Source: Tubulanus polymorphus (lineage: Eukaryota > Animalia > Nemertea). Taken from it: a stretch of 64,000 nt of DNA. The first letter of the stretch is position 1. Each line of letters begins with the position of its first letter. Below the pieces are notes generated by a model that searched no databases, was not told the DNA's origin, and worked only from the letters and a program-made list of their open reading frames with translations. The position numbers were made by a program, and so were the translations under genes. The stretch lies in contig NC_134030.1 of assembly GCF_964204645.1 (NCBI RefSeq), positions 15,376,110-15,440,109 on the forward strand, given 5' to 3'. This document shows, piece by piece, positions 32,845 to 45,704 of this stretch.

Positions 32845-34450
32845 TGTAGCCGCGACGCCCGGAGCCTCCCTCGGAGAGGTGGGTGACTCAACGGAGAGGT
32901 GGCGCCAGGGTAGCGTTTACGGAATAAAGGATGGTACGATCTCAAAGTGTCCGAGTTCCAAGGCTTCTTCGTCAGGGCATGGCTACAAGGGTCCGCCTTC
33001 GTCGAACAATCCCGGGTAGTAGGACTGCAAAGGGGAAAAGTCATCCTCCGAAGGTTGATAAATGGACAGCGGCTGACTCAAGGGAAAAAGGGGTTCCACG
33101 AGGGCTAAAATAGTGTCAGAGGTGAGTGCGAATCGTACCCCACAACCCCATTGCTGGATGAATGGGTCACCAGACCAGTCAGGACGAGTGTCCGCCGTGT
33201 GATCAGTCAAGTCAGGGCCCTTGACAAGACGCGAGATCACACGGTCACCCGAGCACCGGCGCCTACTTCTCCTCTGGTATCCTCTGGTGTAAAGTGTCAT
33301 TCCAAGTGCCTCCAGCACGTAGCTCTCGCAACCGGCTTCTTTGGCTTGCCCCAGCTTACTATGGACTCATGTGACACACAAATTAGGGGAATAAAAGGGA
33401 CACAGGCCTCCTCCTCTACTCGCGACAGAGAAAACGAGAGTTTTAAAATTCAATATATATTAATAATATTTTCCAAATTTAACTCGTACGTTCATATAAA
33501 TGAAATGTATATTATATTCTATAATTAAACAGAATAAACTTTTAAAAATCAACGTAGAAAACTTGCTCTGATTCATTATTTTTAACAATCTAATAAATAA
33601 TCTAATTATTGCATTTGCCCGGAATTTAAAAAGGTCGAGCTTATTATGTCTACGGATATATACATAGATTAAGCTCAAAGATCATGTGTCAAGAAAAGAA
33701 TTGACAGAACCGGGTCGCCGAGTTGACCCCGATAACGTTGAACTGACGGCATCTCAGAATTTATATATAGGTCGCCACGTTGACCTATATAAAACGAGAT
33801 TTAATAGATCGCCAGGTTGATCTATTAAAGTCAAAAGGGAATCAAAGTGATTATAGGTCGCCAAGTTGACCCAGAGCACAAGATCATTAAGCAATAGTCT
33901 TCGTAACGAGGGTCCTACCCGACGCCAAGAGGACTCGGCGCCGGGTTGAACTACGTACCTCAGATAATTTGAGCGAACTCACTTTCTCAATTCAAAAAAA
34001 TGCAAGGTGACGTCACGCTGCACTCAGCGCTGATTGGCTGAGTGCCACAATGACGTCAGGAATGCGAGCAACGTGACGTCACATTACAACAAAATGGCGG
34101 ACATTAGAGCGAGAGGAGGTAATTTTTATATAAAACCTAATATAATTAAGTTATAAATGGACGGAACGATAAGAAAAATACGTGAAAACATTTTGATCCA
34201 AGGTTTATACATTCTGTACAAATTTCAAAGCGATACGATAATTTAAAGGTGTGGGAAATGATCGGACAAAATTGCAAAAAGGGGAGATTTAGAAAAGTTG
34301 CGCTAATTACCGCCCAAAACCGACCGACCATTTCCAACACCGGAAATACAAAACTATGATTTATAAAATCAACCACGCGCAGGGCGGCGGAGGAGCTTTG
34401 CAGAAGAAAACACCCCGAAAAACAACTACGGCAAGGGATTTTCCGCTACA
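32845..34450 (-). repeat. 3' LTR
   Basis: TGTAGC...GCTACA; about a dozen substitutions versus 40620-42225 by eye; G-rich PPT adjacent at ~34453-34470. Confidence 0.96.
34005..34135. promoter_or_regulatory. LTR promoter motif cluster (repeated at ~41780-41910)
   Basis: Three TGACGTCA (CRE-type) sites, ATTGG/CCAAT, AAAATGGCGG (YY1-type), TTTTATATAAAA. Confidence 0.55.
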
Positions 34451-34500
34451 AAGCCCCCCCACCAGCCCTGAACGTCCTCGTTCAGACGAGGCGACATAAC

Positions 34501-34574
34501 AAAACATACAGGTTATACAATATAGAAAACATACAGGTTATACAATATAGAAAACATACAGGTTATACAATATA
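34501..34574. repeat. 25-bp tandem repeat x3 in the Gypsy 3' UTR
   Basis: AAAACATACAGGTTATACAATATAG. Confidence 0.9.
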
Positions 34575-34595
34575 TATGAGGGAAACGACGACAGT

Positions 34596-35465
34596 TCACG
34601 ATACCAATTTTTGAATCATAGCGCTTTTCATCTCGTCTTGAATTTCGCAAAACTTGCAGGTGAATTTGTCTCCAGGCAAACCTTCTATTGAAATGACTCC
34701 GCCCCAGAGCTCATGACGATGGATAATGCGGTATGGTTTCCGAGGGTCGCTAACAGGTTCCGAAGGCTCGAGCGGTATCAGTTTGGGATAACTTTGCTTG
34801 GTCGCTGGAGCTTCTTCCGGTTGGTGAAGCTCAGGAAAAATTTTAAAAAGAGTGTCGTCGGCCATATCATCTAAAGTTAAAATTGGCATGTCGAGCGTAT
34901 CTACGAGCGACGGATCTCGCGTGATAATTTTGCGGGCCGGATCTTCTAATGATACATTAACGGTCGCCTCCGAAACGCAACTTGTCGACGGGTTACAGAC
35001 AATTTCGTTCGATTCCACGACGGACGGCGGTATGTTCTCACAATCGAGAAACGGCGTTGGTTTCTCAGCGGTCGATATCGTAGTATCGATATTTTCGGCG
35101 ATCGCGATGGTCGATTGTAACAGAGGCGGCTTCGACTCTTGATTTTTGATCAAACGGATGAGTCCGGTATACTTCTTCTTGTTTGATATGAACATCGCCT
35201 CATGTTCTTTTTCGATATGAGTCATAATGACTTCTCGATCCTCCGAGCCGACAGCGCACATCATGCAACGATAAAATCGTGCATAAGCATATTTCGATTC
35301 GCCGAATCGGTTCTTATACGCCTCGCAGTGTAGGAAGTGTCGTTCCCTCTTGTATTTTCGAGAGAATTTGTGCTGACAATACCGACAGTACCATTGGCCG
35401 TCTTTTCTCGCGCCAGCACGGCGCCCCTTCGATATACACGACAACGTCTGATGATCGACCTTCAT
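34596..35465 (-). CDS. Gypsy accessory ORF3, C2H2 zinc-finger protein
   Basis: CRYC..H...C, CMMC..HIEKEH, CKFC; ATG at 35465 directly follows a pyrimidine tract plus TAG acceptor. Confidence 0.7.
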   Translation of the reverse strand: MKVDHQTLSCISKGRRAGARKDGQWYCRYCQHKFSRKYKRERHFLHCEAYKNRFGESKYAYARFYRCMMCAVGSEDREVIMTHIEKEHEAMFISNKKKYTGLIRLIKNQESKPPLLQSTIAIAENIDTTISTAEKPTPFLDCENIPPSVVESNEIVCNPSTSCVSEATVNVSLEDPARKIITRDPSLVDTLDMPILTLDDMADDTLFKIFPELHQPEEAPATKQSYPKLIPLEPSEPVSDPRKPYRIIHRHELWGGVISIEGLPGDKFTCKFCEIQDEMKSAMIQKLVS

Positions 35466-35517
35466 ACTACAATGAAATAATAAAAACACAGTTTTTAATT
35501 ATGTGACATCGGTTTCG

Positions 35518-38500
35518 TCAGTCCCAACCTAAACGTCGTGGTGGGAATACAGGGCGCCCAGTGCGGGTCTGATAAGGCTGCGACTCTGTAACATCGGGGC
35601 CATCTTCAGATAAAAGAGGGTTTACATCACATCGGCTCAACATATAGGTCTTGAGCCTATCACCATGTACGCATTTCTCTTTCCAGGAGGGAAGTTTGAT
35701 GTGGAAAATAACATCGTTAAAGTTTTCTAAGACGTTACACGGGCCTGACCACAAGCACGACAGCTTCTTAGATTTACCCGATGGAACAGCAGGGGTGTAC
35801 AACCAGACAGTAGAACCTATTGGAAACTTCGGTAATTGAGATTTAATGTCGTATTGAATTTTATTTCTTTTAGCACGTTTAAGAGTTTGGTTGCGGACTT
35901 CGTGAAATGACTCGGAAAAACGGTGTTTCATCTCTATGACATATTGACTACTCAAGACAGGAATTTCGCTGCGAGGGCCGCCAGTGATTACGTCAATGGG
36001 TAAGTCTACCTCGCGACCTAACATCAATCGGTTAGGACTGAACCCAGTTGCATCGTGTTGGTCCCAGTCCCTCATATTTTCCTCAACTTTGATGGATAAA
36101 CACATTAGCAACGTCCGATTATAGCGTTCAATCATTCCGTTTGACTGCGGACGAAACGCTGTGCTCCTGGTCTTGTGTATCTGAAGTAATTCGCAGACTT
36201 CTGCCATTAATTTGGACTGAAAATTTCGTCCCTGGTCTGAGTGTATGATCCTTGGAACGCCGAACCGAGCAACAAATTCGTCTACAACTTTCCGAGCGCA
36301 AGTTATTGCTTCCTGGTTGGGAATTGCATATGCCTCGACCCATTTCGTAAAATAGTCGCCGACTACAAGTACGTATAAGTTTCCATCGTATGTTTCAGGC
36401 AATGGACCTAATATGTCCATCGAGACTCTTTCCATAGGCTGGCCTACGAGATAATTATTCATGGGTGCCTTCCGTCTATTTGAGGGTTTCTTTGAAGCGC
36501 ATTTATCGCAGAGTTTACAAAAATTCTTCACGTCGTCATGGATACCGTACCAAAAGAAACGGTCGTGTACCAAAAAGAGAGTCTTTTTGACACCGAAATG
36601 TCCCCCGACTGAAGATTAGTGGATATGAACAAGAACTTGTTTCCTGAACGTCTCAGGTAAGATTAATAAAGTAGAGTCAGGGTAACCCTTTCTTCTCTTG
36701 ATAATATATATGAGCCCCTCAATCATCTTCAGATCGTTCCAGTGGGTCCAATAAAATTTGCAGGCAACACCCTGTGAGGAAACTTGGTGCCATTTAGGCC
36801 GTTTGTCGTCGTCGACGTGTGTGAGGATCCACTCCAAGTCTCTCTCTTTCCTTTGTTCTTCTTTCATATTTTCGAGTGACCACTCAGTCGACGGTAAGAA
36901 CTCGCTGTAGGAATAAGGCATGTCGTTGTGAATTGTCATTTTCTTAACTACTCGATTCCTTACAGATACTGGTGTTTGTTTTTCAGAACAGATTCCATCG
37001 ATCCTCTCGCACTGACGACAGGGCATGCGCGATAGAGCATCCGCGTTACCATGGCTTCGACCCGGTCGGTGTATGATGTCGAACTGATATGCACTCAATA
37101 GAGATATCCAGCGAGCTACTTGTCCTTCGGGTTCTTTGAACGACATCAGCCATCTCAAGGACGAATGGTCGGTCCGGATAGTGAATTTCATGTCAGCGAG
37201 GTAATATTTGAACTGTTTTACAAAGGCTACGACAGCTAAAAGCTCTCTGCGGGTTACGCAATAGTTCCTCTCGGCCTTTGTCAAACAACGACTGGCACAG
37301 GCGATAATTCTTTCTTTTCCCTCTTGGACCTGGCTAACGACGCCTCCGATCGAAAATGCAGATGCATCGGTGTCAAGAATAAAAGGTAAACTTGGATCGG
37401 GGAAAGCCAGAACTGGTGAGTGGGTCAAAATCGACTTCAGCTCGCGGAAAGCTTCTTCGCATTGAGCATCCCATTTGAATTCTCTCCCCTTTTCCGTCAG
37501 ACGATGAAGAGGTTTTGCAGTTTCAGCAAACCCTTGACAAAACGACCGATAATACGATGCTAAACCGAGGAAAGATCGAGTCTCTGTAACATTCTTAGGA
37601 GTGGGCCAATTCTGGATTATTTCGATTTTGTTTTCCGAACATGATATACCATCAGCGGATATGTGGTGCCCAAGAGAATGGACTGATGTTCTAAACAGCT
37701 CACATTTCTTAGGTTTTAATTTTAGGTTCGCCTGTCGCAGACGATTGAAGACAGTACGCAGGTTGGTCATCATCCCAAGGAAACTGCCCGCATGAACAAT
37801 AACGTCGTCCAGGTAAACTAAAGCAATTTCCGGAATAAGACTTCTGAATACCTTTTCCATCAGCCTTTGAAATGTAGCACCACTATTCTTCAAGCCCATG
37901 GGCATCTTACGGAATTGATATAGGCCTTTCCCGCCCACAACGAAAGCTGTCTTTTCCTTAGAGTCTTTGTGAACCTTCACCTGCCAGTACCCTGATGCTA
38001 AATCGAGGGTACTGAGGTACTTCACGTCAGCTAGCGATCTGATAGTGTCGTTAATAAGGGGTAAAGGATAGCTATCTGCCTTGGTTAAAGCATTGACATC
38101 ACGATAATCTAAACACAGTCGAATACTATTATCTGGCTTACGAACCACAACAATACTGCTGCACCATGGACTATCAGATTCTTCAATTACGTGTGCTTTC
38201 AGCATGTCATCGACTAACTTATTAACTTCTTCTTGTGTTGCAAGGGGCAACCGCCGAAAGCGTTGTTTTGTCGGAACAGCGTTACCTACGTTGATGACGT
38301 GAGAAGTCTCCGAGGCTTCTCCAAGATCTAGGCTGGAGGAGGCGAAAACATCCGAATATTCAGATAATAGGTGTTTCACATCTCGACATTCTTCGGCGGA
38401 CAGACCTTCACAACTCCGGTGGTACAAATCTCTCAGAAATTCAGGTAATTGGTCATTCGACTTCGACGCATCTGATGTATTAGTTTCCGTATATATTTTC

Positions 38501-39270
38501 GAAATTTGTCCAATTACCCCTAAGGGTGTCCCCTTATGGATAATCTTCGGATGCGAACTAAGGTTCACCATTCGAACAGGAATACGACTACTATTTATAT
38601 TTACAACCTCTTTGGCGACCAGTACTTCCGGTCCTAGCCTCCAGTTGTTACTAGATTCTATTAAACCCCATTGTCCAGGTGGTAATGTCGTCTTTACGTG
38701 ACCCGACACCATGACTTCAGAATTCGGAGGTAAGACTATTTTCTCATCGTTACGTACATAGGCAGAATTCCGTTCGAGCTGGCCCGTCGGAATAGAAAAA
38801 GCTTGATTCCCTCGGCATGTCACAGTGCCGGTACCCGGATGGATATGGCAGTCATATGCGGTAAGGAAATCCATCCCTAGAATAGCATCATCTGTGATGT
38901 CAGCGACTATCACGTCCCACATTATATCAGAAGAAAAGAGACCTAACGGAACTCTAGCCGTCCCTGCGACATCCAGGGGGCTATTATCAGCAGTATATAA
39001 ATTATACTTTGTCTTCTTCAAGGTGAGTTTCTTCTTTAGATTGATTTCAGAAAATAATTTCTTACTCCACACTGTGAAGTGGGCGCCCGTGTCTACTAAA
39101 TACTTTGTGTCACGACCGAGAATTCTTGCAGATAAATGTATAGTTTCAGGTAAGATGTTCTCATATGAAAGAACCTTGATCTTTCCTGACTGATTAGATT
39201 TGATAGGTAGGTGAGGATGTGTCTGTCCGGGTGTTACCCCTTCCCTCTCAGGAGTAACGGCATCTAGTTT
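35518..39270 (-). pseudogene. pol: Gypsy pol (protease, RT, RNase H, integrase); one in-frame stop at 36616 and a small integrase deletion
   Basis: LVDTGA, YLDD, LDTDAS, HHCC, SMDILGP/HSDQGRNF/IERYN. Confidence 0.93.
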
Positions 39271-40325
39271 CCCTGCTTCTTCGCGTAATTCGGCTTGGGT
39301 TGTTCCCACGGTCTGTTGGGAGCCTGTCTTCGACCTCCGAGGAGGGGACAATTAATTCGGATGTGGCCTTGTTGGTCGCAGTTAAAACATCTTCGATTTT
39401 CTACAGAGGTCGGGTTCTGAGTTTTAATAGCCCGGACGTCGGCGGACAACCGGGTAACAGCATCCGTCAGTTGTCGGATAGCCCTGGAATCTTCAGAGTT
39501 CGCAGCAGGCGTTGAGGCGACCGCGTTTATTTGCGACCTGAAGTTCTCATGGTTACGAATGTTTTCCATTGCGTGAATGCTTTCTAATTCAAGTGCGTAG
39601 TTTACAAGTGCATCAAATGAGCATGTATCCTTCTGATACATGAGAATCCGGGTCTCGACTTCTGGGAGGGCTTCGATGAAATGGTTCCGACAGAGGCGTT
39701 CCCTCTGTTTTGGGGTCAAGTCAGGATAAGCTAGTCTTCCCATAGAAATGATCGTCTGACCAAGTTCCTTCAGTGATTCGCCTCGTTTGCGTCGACGAGA
39801 TCGTAATTCGGCAAGGTGAATCTCTGCTCTATGACTCGGTCCGAATCTGCTCTCCAGGGCTGTACATAATTGGAAATAATTCGTTATCTCATCGCTTGTC
39901 AAATTGCAAGCGAACTGCCTTGCAGCGCCACGTAGGTGTGAAAATAACATGTCAGCTTTGGTCTGCGAGTCCCATCCATTCAGACGAGACACCGTCTCGA
40001 ACGTTAAAAAGTAATCATTCCATGGTTCATCACCATTGTAACACTCAGGTTTCATTTTACAGGTCAAGATACGGGACATCTGACCTGAAACATCAGTGCG
40101 GGAAGATCGAGACCCATTCATCTCAACAGGTCGAGGAAACTCATCAATGACTGGAGCATCAGCGGGTCTAGGGACCCCGGCGTCAGGATAGTCTCCAGAA
40201 CTTCGGTTTACGAACTCAGCAGGCGACAAAGCTCGTTCTCCTACGACTAAACTCTCGGAGCTACGACTCCGAGTAACACTTCTAGACATCCTACGAGTTT
40301 TACGACGACTCATAATTGTGTTCAT
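39264..40325 (-). CDS. gag: Gypsy Gag with CCHC knuckle
   Basis: CFNCDQQGHIRINC; ends at G GGA AAC TAG, a -1 slippery heptamer overlapping pol. Confidence 0.92.
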   Translation of the reverse strand: MNTIMSRRKTRRMSRSVTRSRSSESLVVGERALSPAEFVNRSSGDYPDAGVPRPADAPVIDEFPRPVEMNGSRSSRTDVSGQMSRILTCKMKPECYNGDEPWNDYFLTFETVSRLNGWDSQTKADMLFSHLRGAARQFACNLTSDEITNYFQLCTALESRFGPSHRAEIHLAELRSRRRKRGESLKELGQTIISMGRLAYPDLTPKQRERLCRNHFIEALPEVETRILMYQKDTCSFDALVNYALELESIHAMENIRNHENFRSQINAVASTPAANSEDSRAIRQLTDAVTRLSADVRAIKTQNPTSVENRRCFNCDQQGHIRINCPLLGGRRQAPNRPWEQPKPNYAKKQGN

Positions 40326-40597
40326 AGTATTCTCGGACTATATGAAAACCTATCGTATTAGATAAGAGAAACGAGAGTCATTTCACGCGTCACGTCATTA
40401 AAATATGTTCCTACTTTATCTAATTATTTGTATGAATATTTAATTTAAACGCTGTCACGAGGAGGAGGCCTGCAAAAAAAAAAAAATAAAAAAAAATAAG
40501 GGAACCCAGGAGTCAGCCACCGAATAGTTGATCCTATCAATCCGTCACTCGTCATCAGCTAGCTTCAAGGATAGATACCACGTCAGTTTTATCACTG

Positions 40598-40615
40598 ATC
40601 CCACCGCTGCCACCA
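40598..40615 (-). other. Primer-binding site (tRNA-Leu type)
   Basis: TGGTGGCAGCGGTGGGAT 4 nt inside the 5' LTR boundary. Confidence 0.85.
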
Positions 40616-40619
40616 ATTT

Positions 40620-42225
40620 TGTAGCCGCGACGCCCGGAGCCTCCCTCGGAGAGGTGGGTGACTCAACGGAGAGGTGGCGCCAGGGTAGCGTTTACGGAAT
40701 AAAGGATGGTACGATCTCAAAGTGTCCGAGTTCCAAGGCTTCTTCGTCAGGGCATGGCTACAAGGGTCCGCCTTCGTCGAACAATCCCGGGTAGTAGGAC
40801 TGCAAAGGGGAAAAGTCATCCTCCGAAGGTTGATAAATGGACAGCGGCTGACTCAAGGGAAAAAGGGTTTCCACGAGAGCTAAAATAGTGTCAGAGGTGA
40901 GTGCGAATCGTACCCCACAACCCCATGGCTGGATGAATGGGTCCCCAGACCAGTCAGGACGAGTGTCCGCCGTGTGATCAGTCAAGTCAGGGCCCTTGAC
41001 AAGACGCGAGATCACACGGTCACCCGAGCACCGGCGCCTACTTCTACTCTGGTATCCTCTGGTGTAAAGTGTCATTCCAAGTGCCTCCAGCACGTAGCTC
41101 TCGCAACCGGCTTCTTTGGCTTGCCCCAGCTTACTATGGACTCATGTGACACACAAATTGGGGGAATAAAAGGGACACAGGCCTCCTCCTCTACTCGCGA
41201 CAGAGAAAACGAGAGTTTTAAAATTCAATATATATTAATAATATTTTCCAAATTTAACTCGTACGTTCATATAAATGAAATGTATATTATATTCTATAAT
41301 TAAACAGAATAAACTTTTAAAAATCAACGTAGAAAACTTGCTCTGATTCATTATTTTTAACAATCTAATAAATAATCTAATTATTGCATTTGCTCGGAAT
41401 TTAAAAAGGTCGAGCTTATTATGTCTACGGATATATACATAAATTAAGCTCAAAGATCATGTGTCAAGAAAAGAATTGACAGAACCGGGTCGCCGAGTTG
41501 ACCCCGATAACGTTGAACTGACGGCATTTCAGAATTTATATATAGGTCGCCACGTTGACCTATATAAAACGAGATTTAATAGATCGCCAGGTTGATCTAT
41601 TAAAGTCAAAAGGGAATCAAAGTGATTATAGGTCGCCAAGTTGACCCAGAGCACAAGATCATTAAGCAATAGTCTTCGTAACGAAGGTCCTACCCGACGC
41701 CAAGAGGACTCGGCGCCGGGTTGAACTACGTACCTCAGATAATTTGAGCGAACTCACTTTCTCAATTCAAAAAAATGCAAGGTGACGTCACGCTGCACTC
41801 AGCGCTGATTGGCTGAGTGCCACAATGACGTCAGGAATGCGAGCAACGTGACGTCACATTACAACAAAATGGCGGACATTAGAGCGAGAGGAGGTAATTT
41901 TTATATAAAACCTAATATAATTAAGTTATAAATGGACGGAACGATAAGAAAAATACGTGAAAACATTTTGATCCAAGGTTTATACATTCTGTACAAATTT
42001 CAAAGCGATACGATAATTTAAAGGTGTGGGAAATGATCGGACAAAATTGCAAAAAGGGGAGATTTAGAAAAGTTGCGCTAATTACCGCCCAAAACCGACC
42101 GACCATTTCCAACACCGGAAATACAAAACTATAATTTATAAAATCAACCACGCGCAGGGTGGCGGAGGAGCTTTGCAGAAGAAAACACCCCGAAAAACAA
42201 CTACGGCAAGGGATTTTCCGCTACA
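40620..42225 (-). repeat. 5' LTR
   Basis: Direct repeat of 32845-34450. Confidence 0.96.
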
Positions 42226-44680
42226 TACCGATGAAAATTGTGTGATTCATTTGACATTCGTTGACAGTCAGTAGTCATTTCATTAGGCCTACCCACCCAT
42301 CAATCGAATTTGTTCTAAGCGACAATGATTTAATATAGGATTTAATATATGTTTTTATAGCTGATGAAGGAACTTTTCCCCGAAAATGTGAATGAGGATG
42401 AAATGGACAGAAACGAAGATGTGACGGATGACGTAACGATTCCTGTTTCCTCAACTGTCGAGGAGGAGGAGGGTCCTTCGTTTTCAGACATACTAACAAG
42501 CACTCCGGTGAATCCTGCCAAACGGTCACGACCTAACAGCCCAGATATTTTCAGGCCTAACGATCAAAAATCTACATCAACATTGACAACAATGTTGAAT
42601 GTTGATGACAAAGCCCTGCCTTTTCGCACTCAATCGACTCAGATTTATATAGTTAGTGTGTTTTTGTGTTTGTACACTACTTTCCTATCAATACTTCGAT
42701 TTATTTGTGATATTTTTCCTTTGGATTAGGCACGGAGAATGGCGAGCATTCAGTGTAGCATAAAACCAGCACAATCATCCCAACAATGTCAGGCAACTCC
42801 GCGAACAATGGATGTCGGTGTTCAGTGTCTGCTTTTGGTGGGTGAAGATGACGATGACGACGACGACGACGATGATGATTACATGGATGCTGATGATTTT
42901 AGAAATGATCCCACTTGGATTGTCGGTGGTGAGGAGTAAGTACATAAAATCTTAGAGCTGTATCCAAAAAATGAATACCGGGTAGTCATTAAAATATTTT
43001 TCATTTCTAGGGATTCTTTCACGGATGATTTGAGCAATGAAGATGATGATTGGAATGATGTTATTCATGCAGAAAACACATGTCCATTAATGCAGGAACA
43101 GTATTTATGTTTCTTCAGCTGCATCCAGACTCTTTTTCAAATATGTACCATCTGTCTGGCTTCATGTGAAATCGTCAAGAAGCGTGTCTTAGGATCTTGT
43201 CTCTGTGTAGAAACTCGATGTAAAGGCCCTGAAAAACATCAGAAAACTTGGTTTTCTCAACCTATGCACGGAAGGATGCCGCTGGGGAATCTTTCAATGG
43301 CAGCCGCCATTTACTTAAGTGATATTTGGCCCGCACGATTTCTTATGTGTGCGAATTTCAATATTTGCATGATTAAGCAGAGAGCATATTCAGTGATGCA
43401 GACTGCATATCTCATCCCTGCAATCTCGAAACTGTGGAAATCAAAACAACAGTCCATGTTTAATGAACTTAAATCAAAAAATCTCACGCTTGGGGGAGAT
43501 GCCCGCTGTTGCTCTCCAGGACATACCGCCAAGTTTGGTTCGTATTCTCTAATGGACTTAGAAACAAACGTTCTAGACGTTCAGCTTGTCCAGGTGAATT
43601 ATTAACTTCCCATCCACCAGTATTTCTCAAGTGGGGTTTGATATACAAGATAGATGTAGACGTTTTATTTTATTTGCAGTCCAGTGAAGTCACGAATTCT
43701 AATGCGATGGAACTCGAAGGGCTCAAGCGGTCCATTGAATTTTTGAAAACGAATGGCATGAAAATCTCCTCACTCGTGACTGACAGGCACATCCAAATAA
43801 GAAAATACATTCGCAAAGACTTACCCGATATTAAACACTGGTTTGATGTCTGGCATGTTTCAAAAGGTTAATATTCATAATTTTGCTTTGATGTCTTATC
43901 AGTGTGTATGAGCTCTATATTTTACATCTATATTTTCATAAGGAATATACAAGAAAATTGTAAATTTGTCAATAAAGAAGAACTGCAGTGTTGCAGGTGA
44001 ACACCCGCCTAGTGAATGATATGAAGATTCTCTCTCCCGGTTAGCAGACATCGTCTGTCGAATCCTACCACAGAGTTGTGTGTTTCTTTGCCTCTAAATT
44101 TTTACATTACTTTTTTGATTCAATGCAAGCTAAGTATGTTTATTTTCAACTTCAAATCATAATTTATTTTTCATATTTTATAAGTTTGCAATGAAATGTT
44201 TGATTTTGAAATTTCAGATTGTTCTTATCAGTTTTGCATTTTAATGAGAATTCATCGAGAGATCAGGCAGTGAACAAGAAAACTGGTGAAGCGAGATGGA
44301 GTGTCTCCTACCCTAAATTCAAGGCTGGATTGCCCACCGCGAAAGAAGTAAAAACACCAGCAACATATGGCAAGTTTCTTCAGAAAACTTCAACAATGCA
44401 ATAGACACCAATGTTGGCTTCCATTTATCATGAAGTACATTTTTTACAGAATACATATTGGAATTAATGGACAATGTGTGGACTATCAGGCTCGAAACAG
44501 GGACACACAAAAATGCTATACGCATGCGGCAAACCATCCAAGCCTGTAAAGGTACTCTTACTGATGTCTACGAGAAAACTGCTGAAAAGGAAGACATAGT
44601 GTTGGCCCATCGTAGTCGATTTAACTTACCTACGGCAAGTATTGAAAATTTGAATAAAATAAGAATTCAACATATTCAAT

Positions 44681-45704
44681 TTATGAATCATTTAATGCTG
44701 GATATTGAAACCCCTTATACATATTATCTTGTGAGGGCCAGGTCATTCTTATTTTCGAAACAACACAAGATGGTAGAATCCGTCTATTCTCTTTGCCGAG
44801 TTTCTGCCACACCCACCGAACAAATCTCCTATATGCCACTAGTCTGTATAATCTGTAAAATAAACGCAAATTTTACAATTTTGTTTTGTTTATTTCCAGA
44901 ACTGACTGAAGAATCCAAATCTTGCGCTGAATTGTGTTTTACACATTGAATTAAAATGTTTATACATATGAATGTTGATTTATAATTTTCTAAAATAAAA
45001 TTTATTACAAATTATTTGAACCAACTTACTCGTGGACTGGTTCTTCATCTCCAATTGGTCCATTTAACTCACTATATTCATAGAATGACACCGTTAAAAC
45101 ATCTGCTTCAAGGCAGTTCACAATGAAGCCATGAGTTTCTGTAATACAGCTACAGTTCGACTTTTCCATGATATACTGCAGTATTGGTATTTCCCGACAA
45201 CAGATACACTCTTCAGCTGTCTGCATAGTACTGCATAAATACACTCGCGTTGTGCTGCATCTACAAGAGCACCTGAAAAATATTGTTGCATTGTTTATTA
45301 TTAGGTTTCGATCCACATTATAGTACCAACGGCGAAGTGCACCTTTTACAGAATCCGCACATTTCTCGGTCTATTAGTTCGGTTAATTCACTTTTTCCAC
45401 TATTTACTACTGTACGCTTCGTGTGATTTTTTGATTTGATAGCAATAGAATTTAAGTTAAAATATTACCAGTCAAGGTTATCAATCCTCAAAGAATGATC
45501 ATCTTCGCTTTCCGTAGATGAATCGGAATCGGTATCGGTCGGACCAGGAGTTTGTTCAGCATGTTCAGTACCGGTGCCGGTATTATCTTCTGGGCGCACG
45601 ACTGGTTCAAACTGATACGGCAATACTTCCCATTTGCGAATCGACACTTCAGGTATTGCATCATCATCTAAGTCGCTACTAGACGTGTTTTGATCGGACG
45701 ACAT
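44681..45704 (-). CDS. KolX (P2X7 cytoplasmic-ballast-like Cys-rich protein), 3 exons, ~216 aa
   Basis: Exons 45704-45469, 45272-45030, 44852-44681 with GT-AG sites join in frame; PYQFEP, WCSC, ECICCRE, CIT, YRLVAYRRF..W....LGK.NRR.LPSCVV..IR, YKGF. Confidence 0.8.

Larger units (their letters stand above)
32845..42225 (-). mobile_element. Full-length Ty3/Gypsy LTR retrotransposon
   Basis: Two 1606-bp LTRs, TACC TSD (32841-32844, 42226-42229), PBS, PPT, gag-pol in PR-RT-RH-IN order. Confidence 0.97.
32152..44628 (+). pseudogene. Kolobok THAP-DDE transposase, multi-exon; Gypsy inserted after exon 1
   Basis: THAP exon 32152-32510 (FHTFP..W..AC..LCCEHF..IPTIF, GTAAGT donor); later exons GDARCCSPGHTAKFG, SNAMELEG, VTDRH, FDVWH, SSVESYH, LHFNEN; stops and a deletion. 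Confidence 0.82.

Noticed and set aside
32727-34376. Short ORFs duplicated at 40592-42151
   Set aside because: They lie within the LTRs, are duplicated only because the LTRs are, and show no protein motifs.
36616-36618. Programmed stop read-through in Gypsy pol
   Set aside because: TAA falls inside the integrase HHCC region where a sense codon is expected; most simply a point mutation.
42844-42880. (GAY)n microsatellite
   Set aside because: Simply the poly-Asp tract of a Kolobok transposase exon.
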